A program made the position numbers and the translations under genes. Shown here in pieces: positions 8,602-18,455 of a stretch of 64,000 bases of DNA. Under the pieces are notes generated by a model. It was given only the letters and a program-made list of their open reading frames with translations, did no database searches and was not told the DNA's origin. This DNA is from Rubrobacter sp. (lineage in GTDB: Bacteria > Actinomycetota > Rubrobacteria > Rubrobacterales > Rubrobacteraceae). The stretch spans positions 6,485 to 70,484 of the forward strand of contig JADDPR010000266.1 of the NCBI GenBank assembly GCA_016781775.1. The letters are read 5' to 3'. Every line of letters begins with the position of its first letter. Positions within the stretch are counted from its first letter, which is position 1.

Positions 8602-9257
8602 GCCTCACCCTCCACCGACCCCAGCGGCGCGACCCGGACGTCCTCCTCGACGACCGCCCTTCGCCCCACGCTCGCGTTCTGCCCGATTACCGCCCGAACC
8701 CCAACCCGGGCCGCCGACCCGACCACGGACCCGGCCGCGAGCCACGTCCCGGCCCCGACCACCGCATCTCGATCTACCACGGACCTCGGCCCCACGTAAC
8801 AATGGCTCCCGACCGCCGCGTCGGGGTGCAAGACGGCGCCCGCCGCCACGACCGTACCATCCCCGACCATCGCCTCGGACGACACGTACGCCATCGGATG
8901 AATCGCCGTGAAGAAGCTCGCCCCCAGCGCCCGCACCGAGTTCGCGATCCTCAACCGCGCCGCGTTGTCGGTCACGGCCACGATGACGTGTACCTCCTCG
9001 ACGGAAAGCATGCTCTTCAACATGCTCACGTCCCCGAGCACCGGAAAGCCCCTGACCTGACCCGGAAGCGCAGCGTGAGCGTCGTCGTAGAAGCCGATCA
9101 CCAGCGACCCAAACCCCGACGCTATCATCACATCCAGGGCCAGACGCCCATAACCGCCCGCCCCAACAATAGCAACCCTTACAGCGTCGTCGAGGTCAAT
9201 TTCTTCTACCTGTACTTGGGGCTGAGGTATGCCAGTTCTTGCTCCGGGCTCGGTTAT
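8598..9257 (-). CDS. PglD/NeuD-like sugar acyltransferase (Rossmann N-domain + hexapeptide beta-helix); start uncertain
   Basis: In-frame upstream 'VRVAIVGAGGYGR', then 'IGFYDD', 'GFPVLG', 'DNAARLRI', 'TAIHPMAYVS' and hexapeptide repeats; no ATG/GTG/TTG upstream of the GAGG motif. Confidence 0.75.
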   Translation of the reverse strand: MTEPGARTGIPQPQVQVEEIDLDDAVRVAIVGAGGYGRLALDVMIASGFGSLVIGFYDDAHAALPGQVRGFPVLGDVSMLKSMLSVEEVHVIVAVTDNAARLRIANSVRALGASFFTAIHPMAYVSSEAMVGDGTVVAAGAVLHPDAAVGSHCYVGPRSVVDRDAVVGAGTWLAAGSVVGSAARVGVRAVIGQNASVGRRAVVEEDVRVAPLGSVEGEA

Positions 9258-9292
9258 CTCGCTCTCCTCTCATACATGCTTGGGCGCCCCAT
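9254..9292 (-). CDS. Putative leaderless 12-aa upstream ORF MGRPSMYERRAR (or frameshifted 5' end of the downstream gene)
   Basis: ATG exactly 7 nt after TGcTAGAAT; its TAA overlaps an ATA in frame with the acyltransferase. Confidence 0.35.
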   Translation of the reverse strand: MGRPSMYERRAR

Positions 9293-9299
9293 GAGCGGC

Positions 9300-9308
9300 A
9301 TTCTAGCA
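9300..9308 (-). promoter_or_regulatory. Extended -10 promoter TGcTAGAAT for the acyltransferase-pilD-pilMNOP operon
   Basis: Minus strand TGCTAGAAT in the fmt/pil intergenic region. Confidence 0.55.
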
Positions 9309-9383
9309 TCATGGCATACGACTCGCGCCTATCTCTACATGGTGAGTGCACCCGAGAAGCCACCCACTACAGGTAGTGCCCCG

Positions 9384-10304
9384 TCAGGACGAAAACGAGC
9401 CCTCCAGCCGCCTCCCACGCAGAAAATCGGGGGCCGAAAGCACCTTCGAGCCCGGCGCCTGTAGCTCGAGAACCTCCAATACCCCTTCGCCGCAAGAGAC
9501 CAGAATACGAGCTTTTGCAGGTAAAACTACTCCTGAAACCGCTTCACTCGTACTTTCTTCGAAGATCCTGGCGCGGAGTACCTTTATGGGGCCGGACCAA
9601 TCCGGATGCTCGGTGCGCGCTCCTATATGTGGTGTAAGAGCGCGGACCTGATCGTGCACTTTCTCGACCGGCTCGCTCCACTTTATGACCCTCTCCTTAT
9701 CCCCTAGTTTAGGTGCGTAGGTGGCTCGACCATTGTCCTGTTCGCTGAGGGTTAGCGAGTTTTTAGCGAGATTAGACATACCCTTGACTACAGCGTTAGC
9801 GCCAAGCTCTGCGAGCGCGGCGGTCAGCTCGCCCCCGGTCATCTCCGGGGGAATGGGGGTCCGTAGTTGAAGGGCGAAAGGGCCGGTATCGAGGCCCTCG
9901 TCCATGCGCATGAGAGAGACGCCGGTCTCCTTCTCCCCCGCCATGATGGCCCGCTCGATGGGGGCGGCGCCGCGGTAGCGAGGGAGGAGGGAGGCGTGTA
10001 CGTTCCATGCGCCCAGAGGGGCGGCATGGAGGGTGTCGGCGCGAAGTATCTGACCGTAGGCCGCGACCACGAGGGCGTCGTGGTCCGAGATCTCGCCGGC
10101 AACCTCGCTTATGCGGGCGGGTTGCCTCAGGGGGAGGCCCGCCTCGGTGGCGAGCTCCGCGACGGGGCTGCGGGTGACCTTGCGGCCACGCCCGCGGGGG
10201 CGGTCGGGCTGGGAGATCACCAGCCCGACCTCGTGCTCGGAGTCCAGGAGGCCGCGGAGGATCGTCGCGGCGAAGCCTGGGGTACCGGCGAACGCTAGCT
10301 TCAT
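9384..10304 (-). CDS. fmt: Methionyl-tRNA formyltransferase
   Basis: FAGTPGFA, SQPDRPRGRG, AAYGQIL, NVHASLLPRYRGAAPIERAI, MDEGLDTG. Confidence 0.97.
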   Translation of the reverse strand: MKLAFAGTPGFAATILRGLLDSEHEVGLVISQPDRPRGRGRKVTRSPVAELATEAGLPLRQPARISEVAGEISDHDALVVAAYGQILRADTLHAAPLGAWNVHASLLPRYRGAAPIERAIMAGEKETGVSLMRMDEGLDTGPFALQLRTPIPPEMTGGELTAALAELGANAVVKGMSNLAKNSLTLSEQDNGRATYAPKLGDKERVIKWSEPVEKVHDQVRALTPHIGARTEHPDWSGPIKVLRARIFEESTSEAVSGVVLPAKARILVSCGEGVLEVLELQAPGSKVLSAPDFLRGRRLEGSFSS

Positions 10305-10325
10305 GCGGGCGGTACCGTGGCGCCG

Positions 10326-10835
10326 CTAGCCGCGGGCGAGCTGGCGCTCGCGCATCTCGCGCAGGGCCTGCTTGCGGGACTCGCGGTCGGTGCGATCCAG
10401 GATGAGTACGCCGTCTAGGTGGTCGATCTCGTGCTGGAAGATGCGCGCGAGGAGGCCCTGCGCTTCCACCCGCAAGGGCTCGCCGGACGGGGTCTGCCCC
10501 GTGACGGTGACCGCCGTCGGCCTCTCGACCTCGACCCTCGTCCCGGGCAGAGAGAGGCAGCCCTCCACTTCCTTCTCGGACTCCTCGGAGCGCTCCTCTA
10601 TCTTCGGGTTGACGATGGCGAACTCCACGCTCTCGCCGCCCTCTTCCTCGTAGGCCGCGACCAAAATGCGCTTGAGGCGCCCTATCTGGTTCGCCGCGAG
10701 CCCGACGCCGTCGTTCTCGCGCATGATCTTCAGCATCTCTTCGGCGAGCTTCTGCAGGGACTCGTCGAACTCCTTGACCGGGGTCGCCCTCGACTTCAGC
10801 ACGGGGTCGCCGAACGTCCTGATCTCATGTGCCAT
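10326..10835 (-). CDS. def: Peptide deformylase
   Basis: GVGLAANQIG, EGCLS, QHEIDHLDG; ATG at 10835. Confidence 0.97.
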   Translation of the reverse strand: MAHEIRTFGDPVLKSRATPVKEFDESLQKLAEEMLKIMRENDGVGLAANQIGRLKRILVAAYEEEGGESVEFAIVNPKIEERSEESEKEVEGCLSLPGTRVEVERPTAVTVTGQTPSGEPLRVEAQGLLARIFQHEIDHLDGVLILDRTDRESRKQALREMRERQLARG

Positions 10836-10837
10836 GG

Positions 10838-13120
10838 TCAAACCTCCTCGGGGTCCATCTCGATCCGCGCCCGGAGCTTGCCGCCCGTGCCGGCCGCCGC
10901 CCTGGCCACGACCGCCGCCGCCGAAGCGACGTCGGCGCGGGCGTGGCCCCTCAAGAGAAGCCGCCACACGGTACGCCCTCCGTCGGGCCCGGACGCCAAA
11001 AGCGGCATGGGGTCCGTCATCGTAACCCCCGGCCCGATCGCCGGCCGCAGCTTTGATTCTACCGCACGCCGCACCTCCCCCTCGGGCCCGGACAGCGAGA
11101 CCTCCGCGACGTGACCGTACGGCGGGTAGCCCAAGGACCGCCTCCCCGGTAGCTCCGCGGCGGCGAAGGAATCGTAGTCGCCGCGGAGCGCCGCGAGCAA
11201 GGCCGGATGCTCCGGCGAGCGCGTCTGCGCGAGGATCCTCTCCCGGCTGGCCTCCGCCGCCCGGTACAGCACCTTGAACCCCTTCTCGATCGAGAACGTT
11301 CCGGAGACGAACGCGTCCGCGTCCGGTACGGCGACCATGTCCCACCCCTCGCACAGGACCATCCGGGGCGCACCGACCACGATCCTCGCCCCCCCACCAG
11401 CCCGATCCTCGGCCGAGACCAGTCCGACCTCGACCCCGAGCGCCTCGGCGAGGGCGTCCCTCACCCCTTCCGCGGCGAGCCCTACGGCCCTGAGACGATT
11501 CGAACCGCACGCCGGACAAGAATCGGGGGCCTTCTCCCGCCGCCCGCACCCACCACAAACCAGGGCACCGTTGCGCACGCCGTTCGTCGAGGCCTTGCCC
11601 TGAAGGGCGAGGGAACGCTCGCAGGAGGCGCAGCAGACGACGTGCCCGCAGCGTCCGCAGGAGACGCTCGTCGCGCGACCGAGCCGGTTGACCGGGACGC
11701 CGACCCGCCCTCCGGAGCGGACGGTCTCGCGACACGCCTCGATCAGAGACGAGCTCAGCGCGGCACCCGTCCCGCGCATGTCCACGACCCCGACCGAAGG
11801 CCAATTCTCCTGCGGTCGGGGCGGCAGGCGACGGGCTCCGGCCTCCGGCGCATAAAGCCTCAGCGACGGCGTCGGAGAGAGAAAGAGCGCCGAGGTGTTC
11901 TCGATCCGGGCGCGCGCCATGGCGAGCTCGCGGGCGTGGACGTGGAGCCCTTTGTGATCCGCGGAGGCCCGATGGTCCTCGTTCGGCTCGTCGACCACGC
12001 AGATGGCACCCAGCGAGGCCAGGGGGACGAGGGCCGCCGTCCGCGTCCCGACGAGCACGTCGACCTCGCCGCTCCGCGCCGCCTCGTAGGCCGTGGCGCG
12101 CTCGCGGCCCTGGGAGCCGTGGTAGGGCGCGACCGTCAGCCCGGCGGGGAGCAGGCGCACGAGGACCCGAACCAGCCCCTCGACGCACCCGACGTCCGGC
12201 GCGAGCACCAAGGTCTGGCCGCCGCGCCTGATCGCGAGCCGCGCGATGGCGGAAGCCGCCACCGGCCACTCTGCCGTCGGGACGCGCCACAGCCATGACC
12301 CTCCTCTGTCCAGCGCCCGCTGCGCTCCATCACGGTACCCGTCGAGGTCCGTCCCCGAGCCGCGGGTGTAGGAGATCGGGGCGCCGTCCGGCCTCTCTTC
12401 GATCCGGACCGCGCCGCGCCGCACGAGCTGCTTCAAGGGGCCTCGCCCCGCGCCGGTCATCCGGAGCAACTCCCTGGCGGGCAGGCCGCCCGCACGTTGT
12501 TCCAGGACCCGGAGAAGTTCCCGCTGCCGGGTCGCTCGCCGTGGGGGCTCGGCATCTCCCTGCCCGGAAGGCGCGACCCATTCGACGATCCGTCGCTCCG
12601 GGTGCACCGGGGAGAGGGAGATCCTACCCTCGGCCTCCGCGGCCCTGAGGGGCGAGGGACCTAGAGTGTTGCGAAGCTCCGTCCTGCTCACGAGGTCTCC
12701 CGGCCTCCACGGCCAGTCGCCGGCGGGTCGGAGCACCTCGTATGAAAGCTTGACGCCGGGCGGGAGCGCCGTCTTGAGGACGGCGGGAAGGGGCTGGGCA
12801 GACGCCATCGCTGCCCAGCCGCAGAGCCTGACCACCTCGGGACGCAGGGAGAGGGACGGGAGGACCGTCCGAATCTTCGCGAGGGCCCGTCCGTCGGCTC
12901 CGCGCCCGAAACCGACCACGATCCCGAGCCGGGCGTAGCCCGAGAGGGGGACCGTAACGGCCGCCCCGACCCGGATTCCGTCCGCGAGGTGTTCGGGGAG
13001 CAGGTAGTCGAGGGGAGGCAGGGCGTGGGACGGGATCAGGAGGCTAACCCTGGCTACCCGTCCCTCTTCCCTTTGCGTTGGGCCCCGCCGCCGGGCGGAG
13101 GTCGTCGTGGGCCCGGTCAA
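10838..13120 (-). CDS. priA: Primosomal protein N' (PriA), helicase motifs degenerate
   Basis: LDY...GAAVTVP...GIVVG N-domain, VLVGTRTA, four CxxC pairs, QTRSPEHP, RSLGYPPYG, IEMDP; lies between metK and def. Confidence 0.88.
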   Translation of the reverse strand: MTGPTTTSARRRGPTQREEGRVARVSLLIPSHALPPLDYLLPEHLADGIRVGAAVTVPLSGYARLGIVVGFGRGADGRALAKIRTVLPSLSLRPEVVRLCGWAAMASAQPLPAVLKTALPPGVKLSYEVLRPAGDWPWRPGDLVSRTELRNTLGPSPLRAAEAEGRISLSPVHPERRIVEWVAPSGQGDAEPPRRATRQRELLRVLEQRAGGLPARELLRMTGAGRGPLKQLVRRGAVRIEERPDGAPISYTRGSGTDLDGYRDGAQRALDRGGSWLWRVPTAEWPVAASAIARLAIRRGGQTLVLAPDVGCVEGLVRVLVRLLPAGLTVAPYHGSQGRERATAYEAARSGEVDVLVGTRTAALVPLASLGAICVVDEPNEDHRASADHKGLHVHARELAMARARIENTSALFLSPTPSLRLYAPEAGARRLPPRPQENWPSVGVVDMRGTGAALSSSLIEACRETVRSGGRVGVPVNRLGRATSVSCGRCGHVVCCASCERSLALQGKASTNGVRNGALVCGGCGRREKAPDSCPACGSNRLRAVGLAAEGVRDALAEALGVEVGLVSAEDRAGGGARIVVGAPRMVLCEGWDMVAVPDADAFVSGTFSIEKGFKVLYRAAEASRERILAQTRSPEHPALLAALRGDYDSFAAAELPGRRSLGYPPYGHVAEVSLSGPEGEVRRAVESKLRPAIGPGVTMTDPMPLLASGPDGGRTVWRLLLRGHARADVASAAAVVARAAAGTGGKLRARIEMDPEEV

Positions 13121-14364
<1,244 letters not shown>

Positions 14365-14368
<4 letters not shown>

Positions 14369-15465
14369 CCCACCCTTTCCTCGCCTATAGTTGCAGCGAG
14401 GGTGTCCAGTATGCGACCGGCCACCTCCCGCTTCGACGCCCGGGGGACAAAATCCTCGCCCTCGCGACCAACGATGTAAACCTCGTTGTCGTCGGAACCA
14501 AATCCGGTCCCCGCGAGCGAGACATCGTTCCCCACCACAAGGTCTACGCCCTTGCGCGCGAGCTTCTCGCGAGCGTCGGGCACGGGATCCCCATGCGTCG
14601 CCGCGAATCCTACCATAAAGAGCCCAGGGTTCCCCTCGCGAACTGCCCGAAGTATGTCTCCAGTCGCGACGAGCCTGAGATCCAACTCCCTCCGCCCCCC
14701 GCGCCGTATCTTCCCCTCGTGTACCTCCGCCGGCGTGAAATCGGAGACGGCCGCCGCCATAACCAGGGCGTCCGCCTCCCCCGCGAGCCGCATCGTCGCC
14801 TCCTCGAGCTCCCTATAAGTCTCGACCGGGACCCACCCCACCCCGGGCTCTACCCCCTCGACGTTCGCCGCGACGACCGTGACCTTGGCACCACGGCGCC
14901 AGGCCTCGCGGGCGATGGCTCGCCCCATCTTCCCCGACGAGCGGTTGCTGACGACCCGCACCCGGTCGATAGGCTCCCTGGTCCCCCCGGCGGTGATCAA
15001 AATCCTCAGCCCAGAAAGCGGCCCACCCATCGCGTTCAGCACGGCGCCCGCCACTTCGACCGGCGAGCCCGTTTCCCCGGTACCGCCCACCACACGGACA
15101 CCGTCCGCCTCGAGCAGCGCCACGTTCTGCCGAACGGCGGGGTGCGAGGCGGTGCCCTCGTCGAGCTCGGGCGCGACCACGATAGGGATGCCCACGGAGA
15201 CCTCGAAGAGCGAAGCCGCCCCTCCCATGCCCCGGGCGAGACGGGCCAGCGTGCCGGCGGTCGCGGGGGCGAAGACCAAGGCCCCCGGGGAGGCGGATGG
15301 CGCCTCGACCACGGGGGCTACGGTTGCAAAAGCGGCCGGTCCGACGAAGAGCTTCGTGCGCGGTTCGAGCACGACCTCGACGTTGTGGCCGGCTGAGACG
15401 AGCTCGTGAGCGATCTCGGGGACCAGCAGGGCGCCCGGCCCGGGACCGACCACGAGGAGTATCAC
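14365..15465 (-). CDS. coaBC: CoaBC (PPC synthetase domain intact, PPC decarboxylase domain degenerate)
   Basis: [41 protein letters not shown]; N-domain keeps '[12 protein letters not shown]' and '[11 protein letters not shown]'. Confidence 0.88.
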
Positions 15466-15487
15466 GACGGAGTCTGCCGGGGTCGGA

Positions 15488-15886
15488 TTAAGCGGCGCCC
15501 TCGCCGTCCGGGTCGGCGCTGTCCTCCGCATCGCCCTCGGCCGGGGCGTCGCCGATGGTCGGGCTCGCACCGGGGATCGAAGCGTTCGGGCCGAAGGAGT
15601 CGCCGCCGGCGGCCCCGACCTCCTGCTCGATCTCCTCGGCGAGCTCCTCCTGGGACTTCTTGAAGCCGACCTGCAGCTTGTCGGTCCTGAGCTCCTCGAA
15701 GGCGATGCTCAACGGGTGCTGGGAGCGGGTGTGGACCTGCGGACCCGGGATGCCCAGCGAGTCGTTCAAACCGAGGGTCGCGGTGTACTCGTTAATCTGG
15801 CGCGCACGCCGCGCGCCCGCGAGCACGAGCCCGTAGCGCGAGTCGACCTTGCCCAGAAGATCGTCTATCTTCAGCTCGTTCAGCAT
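15488..15886 (-). CDS. rpoZ: RNA polymerase omega subunit with acidic C-terminal tail
   Basis: IDDLLGKVDSRYGLVLAGARRARQIN, PLSIAFEEL; gmk-rpoZ-coaBC synteny. Confidence 0.92.
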   Translation of the reverse strand: MLNELKIDDLLGKVDSRYGLVLAGARRARQINEYTATLGLNDSLGIPGPQVHTRSQHPLSIAFEELRTDKLQVGFKKSQEELAEEIEQEVGAAGGDSFGPNASIPGASPTIGDAPAEGDAEDSADPDGEGAA

Positions 15887-15887
15887 C

Positions 15888-16454
15888 CTAATTTCCTCCT
15901 ATGATCTCTCTCATCGTCCTGATCATATCCTCCCGCGCCTGCTTGCGGTCGCCGTTGACGACCTCGCGGTCGAACTCATCCGCGGCCGCGACCTCGCCGA
16001 CGGCCGTCGTCATACGTAGCTCCAGCGCCTCCAGGTCCTCAGTCGCCCGGCCCTGGAGGCGCTTACGTGTCTCCTCCAGGGAGGGCGCCCGCACGAAGAC
16101 CATCACCGCGTCCGGCCGCTTCCGGCGCACGTTGCGCGCCCCCTGAAGCTCTATCTCGAGGATAACGGAGCGCCCCTCGTCCAGGAACTCTTCCACCTTC
16201 GCCTCGGGTGTCCCGTAGAGGTTGCCGGAGTACTCGGCCCATTCCAGAAACTTCTCCTCCTCGATCCAGCGCTCGAACTCCTCCCGCGAGAGGAAGATGT
16301 AGTCGCGGCCGTCCACCTCGCCCTCCCTGGGACCCCGCGTGGTCGCAGAGACCGAGTAGGCGAGCTCGGGCACCGCTTCGAGGGCCTGGCGGATAAGGGT
16401 CGATTTGCCTGCTCCGGAGGGCCCGGAGACGACGATCAGGCGTCCTCGTCGCAA
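15888..16454 (-). CDS. gmk: Guanylate kinase
   Basis: SGPSGAGKST, SATTRGPREGEVDGRDY, GNLYGT, LEIELQGA. Confidence 0.97.
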   Translation of the reverse strand: MRRGRLIVVSGPSGAGKSTLIRQALEAVPELAYSVSATTRGPREGEVDGRDYIFLSREEFERWIEEEKFLEWAEYSGNLYGTPEAKVEEFLDEGRSVILEIELQGARNVRRKRPDAVMVFVRAPSLEETRKRLQGRATEDLEALELRMTTAVGEVAAADEFDREVVNGDRKQAREDMIRTMREIIGGN

Positions 16455-16771
16455 CCCAGAGCCTCGAGAAGACGGTCCCGCTGGCCGTGGGTGAGGCCGA
16501 CGAGGGTCTTGGACCGGCTCACTCCCGCCTCACGCAGGATCCTGGTGACCTTTACCCGTCCCATCCCCCGCACGGCAAGCAGCATCTCCTCGACCTTTGC
16601 GCCCTTGAGCTCCTCCGAAGGGTCCATGAGCAGGCCGTAGATGTTTCTGTCTCCGCTCTTGAGCTCGCGCTTGGCGTCGGCGCGGGCGAACCGGATCCGG
16701 TTAGCCTCCTCCAACGCGGTGCGGCGCTCTTGCGAAGTCCTCTCTGGTGCGCGCCTCAACATCGGCATCAA
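16436..16771 (-). CDS. mihF: Actinobacterial integration host factor (mIHF/sIHF)
   Basis: RRTALEEANRIRFARADAKRELKSG, KVEEMLLAVRGMGRVKV, GLTHGQRDRL; upstream of gmk. Confidence 0.85.
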   Translation of the reverse strand: MMPMLRRAPERTSQERRTALEEANRIRFARADAKRELKSGDRNIYGLLMDPSEELKGAKVEEMLLAVRGMGRVKVTRILREAGVSRSKTLVGLTHGQRDRLLEALGCDEDA

Positions 16772-16780
16772 ATTATATCA
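16772..16780 (-). promoter_or_regulatory. Extended -10 TGaTATAAT directly upstream of mIHF
   Basis: Consensus TATAAT with TG in a GC-rich background. Confidence 0.6.
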
Positions 16781-16790
16781 GCGTACCCCT

Positions 16791-17678
16791 TTAAGTTCCC
16801 AAGGCGCCCGCGAGGTCCCCGGCCCGCAACCCGGCCCCCCGAAGATATTCAGCAAACTCCGCGAGCATCGCTCCGGGCTCCCGCACGAAACCTCCCGCTC
16901 CGACCTGCACGGCCGTCGCCCCGGCGAGCATAAACTCCGCCACGTCCGTACCGCTCGCCACCCCGCCACACCCGATCACCGGGATGTTTACGGCCCGCGA
17001 GACCTCGTAGACCGCCCGGAGCGCGACCGGCTTGATCGCCGGTCCCGAGAGCCCACCGCGCAGAAAAACACGCCTCTCCCCCGCGTCCACGACGAGCGCG
17101 GGGATGGTGTTTATGACCGTAACTGCATCGGCGCCCGCCTCTTCCGCGGCCACGGCGTTCCCCACCACCCCATCGTTCGTCAGCTTGACGAAGACCGGTT
17201 TCGCACCGGCCAGCGCCCCCTTGGAGGCCGCCACGGCATCTCCGACCGTGGAGGGGCTCGCGCAGAAGGTGCCGCCGCCGTGCTCGACGTTGGGGCACGA
17301 GAGGTTGAGCTCGATCGCCGAGACGCGCGTCTCGGAGGCCAATGTTTCGCACATAGAGGCGAACTCGCCGACGGTGTCGCCCGCGACGGAGACGAAGAGC
17401 GGGAGACCCACGGTGTAGAAGGCGTCGAGGTCTTCGAGGAAGCGGTCGAGGCCGGGGTTCTGCAGGCCGATCGAGTTGATCATGCCGGACGGCGCCTCGG
17501 CGAGGCGCGGCGGCGGGTTACCCGCCCTCGGCCTCGGGGTAACGGTCTTCGGGAGCATCGCCCCGTAGACGTCCTCCGCTCCATCCAGCACCTCCTTGCC
17601 CAGAGTACCGGCGGCGGGGATCAGGGGCGTCCGAAGCGGTATGCTGCAAAGCTCGACGGCGAGGGCTTGGGGCCCCAC
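16791..17678 (-). CDS. pyrD: Dihydroorotate dehydrogenase, family 1B catalytic subunit
   Basis: KTVTPRPRAGNPPPRLAE, NSIGLQNPG, ELNLSCPN, VKLT, GGLSGPAIKP. Confidence 0.95.
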   Translation of the reverse strand: MGPQALAVELCSIPLRTPLIPAAGTLGKEVLDGAEDVYGAMLPKTVTPRPRAGNPPPRLAEAPSGMINSIGLQNPGLDRFLEDLDAFYTVGLPLFVSVAGDTVGEFASMCETLASETRVSAIELNLSCPNVEHGGGTFCASPSTVGDAVAASKGALAGAKPVFVKLTNDGVVGNAVAAEEAGADAVTVINTIPALVVDAGERRVFLRGGLSGPAIKPVALRAVYEVSRAVNIPVIGCGGVASGTDVAEFMLAGATAVQVGAGGFVREPGAMLAEFAEYLRGAGLRAGDLAGALGT

Positions 17679-17695
17679 CAGATTTTCGGAGCGAG

Positions 17696-18448
17696 CTACC
17701 ACGCGAGCGCCTCCGCTCTGAAAACCGGGCCCTCCACGCAGGCCCTCCGGTAGGTCTTCTCTCCGGCCTCCCACACGGGAACGGCGCAGCCGTAGCAGGA
17801 GCCGTTGGCGCAGGCCATCCTCTCTCGTAGCGCAAGCTGGGCAGAAACAACCCCTTCGGCGGCGTGTTTCGCCGCCTGGAGCGTCTCGGCCGTCCCGCTC
17901 ACGTAGAGCGTGGCATAGCCGGAGAGCTCCCCGACGCGATCGAGCACCGCCCGGGGAGGGTCGGAGGCACCTCCCGTCTCGATGAGGGCCGCGCTCTCGT
18001 AGCGGGTACGAAGGAATTCGGCGTAGGCCTCCGGGGCGCCCTCCGGTACCTCCAGGTAGACGTCGTGGCCGACACCAGAACCTTTCAAGCGCCGCGAGAG
18101 CAGCTTGAGCGGCGAGACCCACACCCCCCCACCGATCAAGGCGACCGGTCCGCTACCCTCCGTTCCGAAGCCGCGCCCGAGCGGCGCGCTGACGAGAAGC
18201 CCGGCATCCTCCCCGGCCAGGAGGGCGGTGCCGCGGCCACGGACCTCGAAGAGAAGGCTCACGGTCTCGCCCTCATGGTCGTGGGCGAAGAGGGGCCGGG
18301 GCAGGAAGGGGTCCAGACCCGCGTGGTTTTGCGGGCGGGCCATCACGAACTGGCCGGGACGGGGGGCCTCGCCCGTCCAGCGATAACGCAGCAGGACGTG
18401 GCGGCCGTGCTCCTCCCGGCCCAGGACTTCTACGGGATGGAGCTTCAC
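17696..18448 (-). CDS. pyrK: Dihydroorotate dehydrogenase electron transfer subunit
   Basis: PGQFVM, LPRPL, PLGRGF, MACANGSCYGC...CVEGPVF 2Fe-2S motif. Confidence 0.9.
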   Translation of the reverse strand: MKLHPVEVLGREEHGRHVLLRYRWTGEAPRPGQFVMARPQNHAGLDPFLPRPLFAHDHEGETVSLLFEVRGRGTALLAGEDAGLLVSAPLGRGFGTEGSGPVALIGGGVWVSPLKLLSRRLKGSGVGHDVYLEVPEGAPEAYAEFLRTRYESAALIETGGASDPPRAVLDRVGELSGYATLYVSGTAETLQAAKHAAEGVVSAQLALRERMACANGSCYGCAVPVWEAGEKTYRRACVEGPVFRAEALAW

Positions 18449-18455
18449 CGAGGCG

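Noticed and set aside
10326-12296. 656-aa ORF suggesting a large N-terminal fusion to Def; similar extended ORFs for aroB, pyrC, pyrD, murD, era, dgt and HIT
   Set aside because: The extensions are Arg/Gly/Pro-rich alternate-frame readings of the upstream genes; true starts are downstream.
13050-13120. Possible GTA start for priA after GAGGGA
   Set aside because: An in-frame TTG sits immediately after the metK stop, so no non-canonical start is required.
16770-16800. pyrF and pyrE missing from the pyr operon
   Set aside because: These genes are often located elsewhere; absence from the genome cannot be judged from one window.
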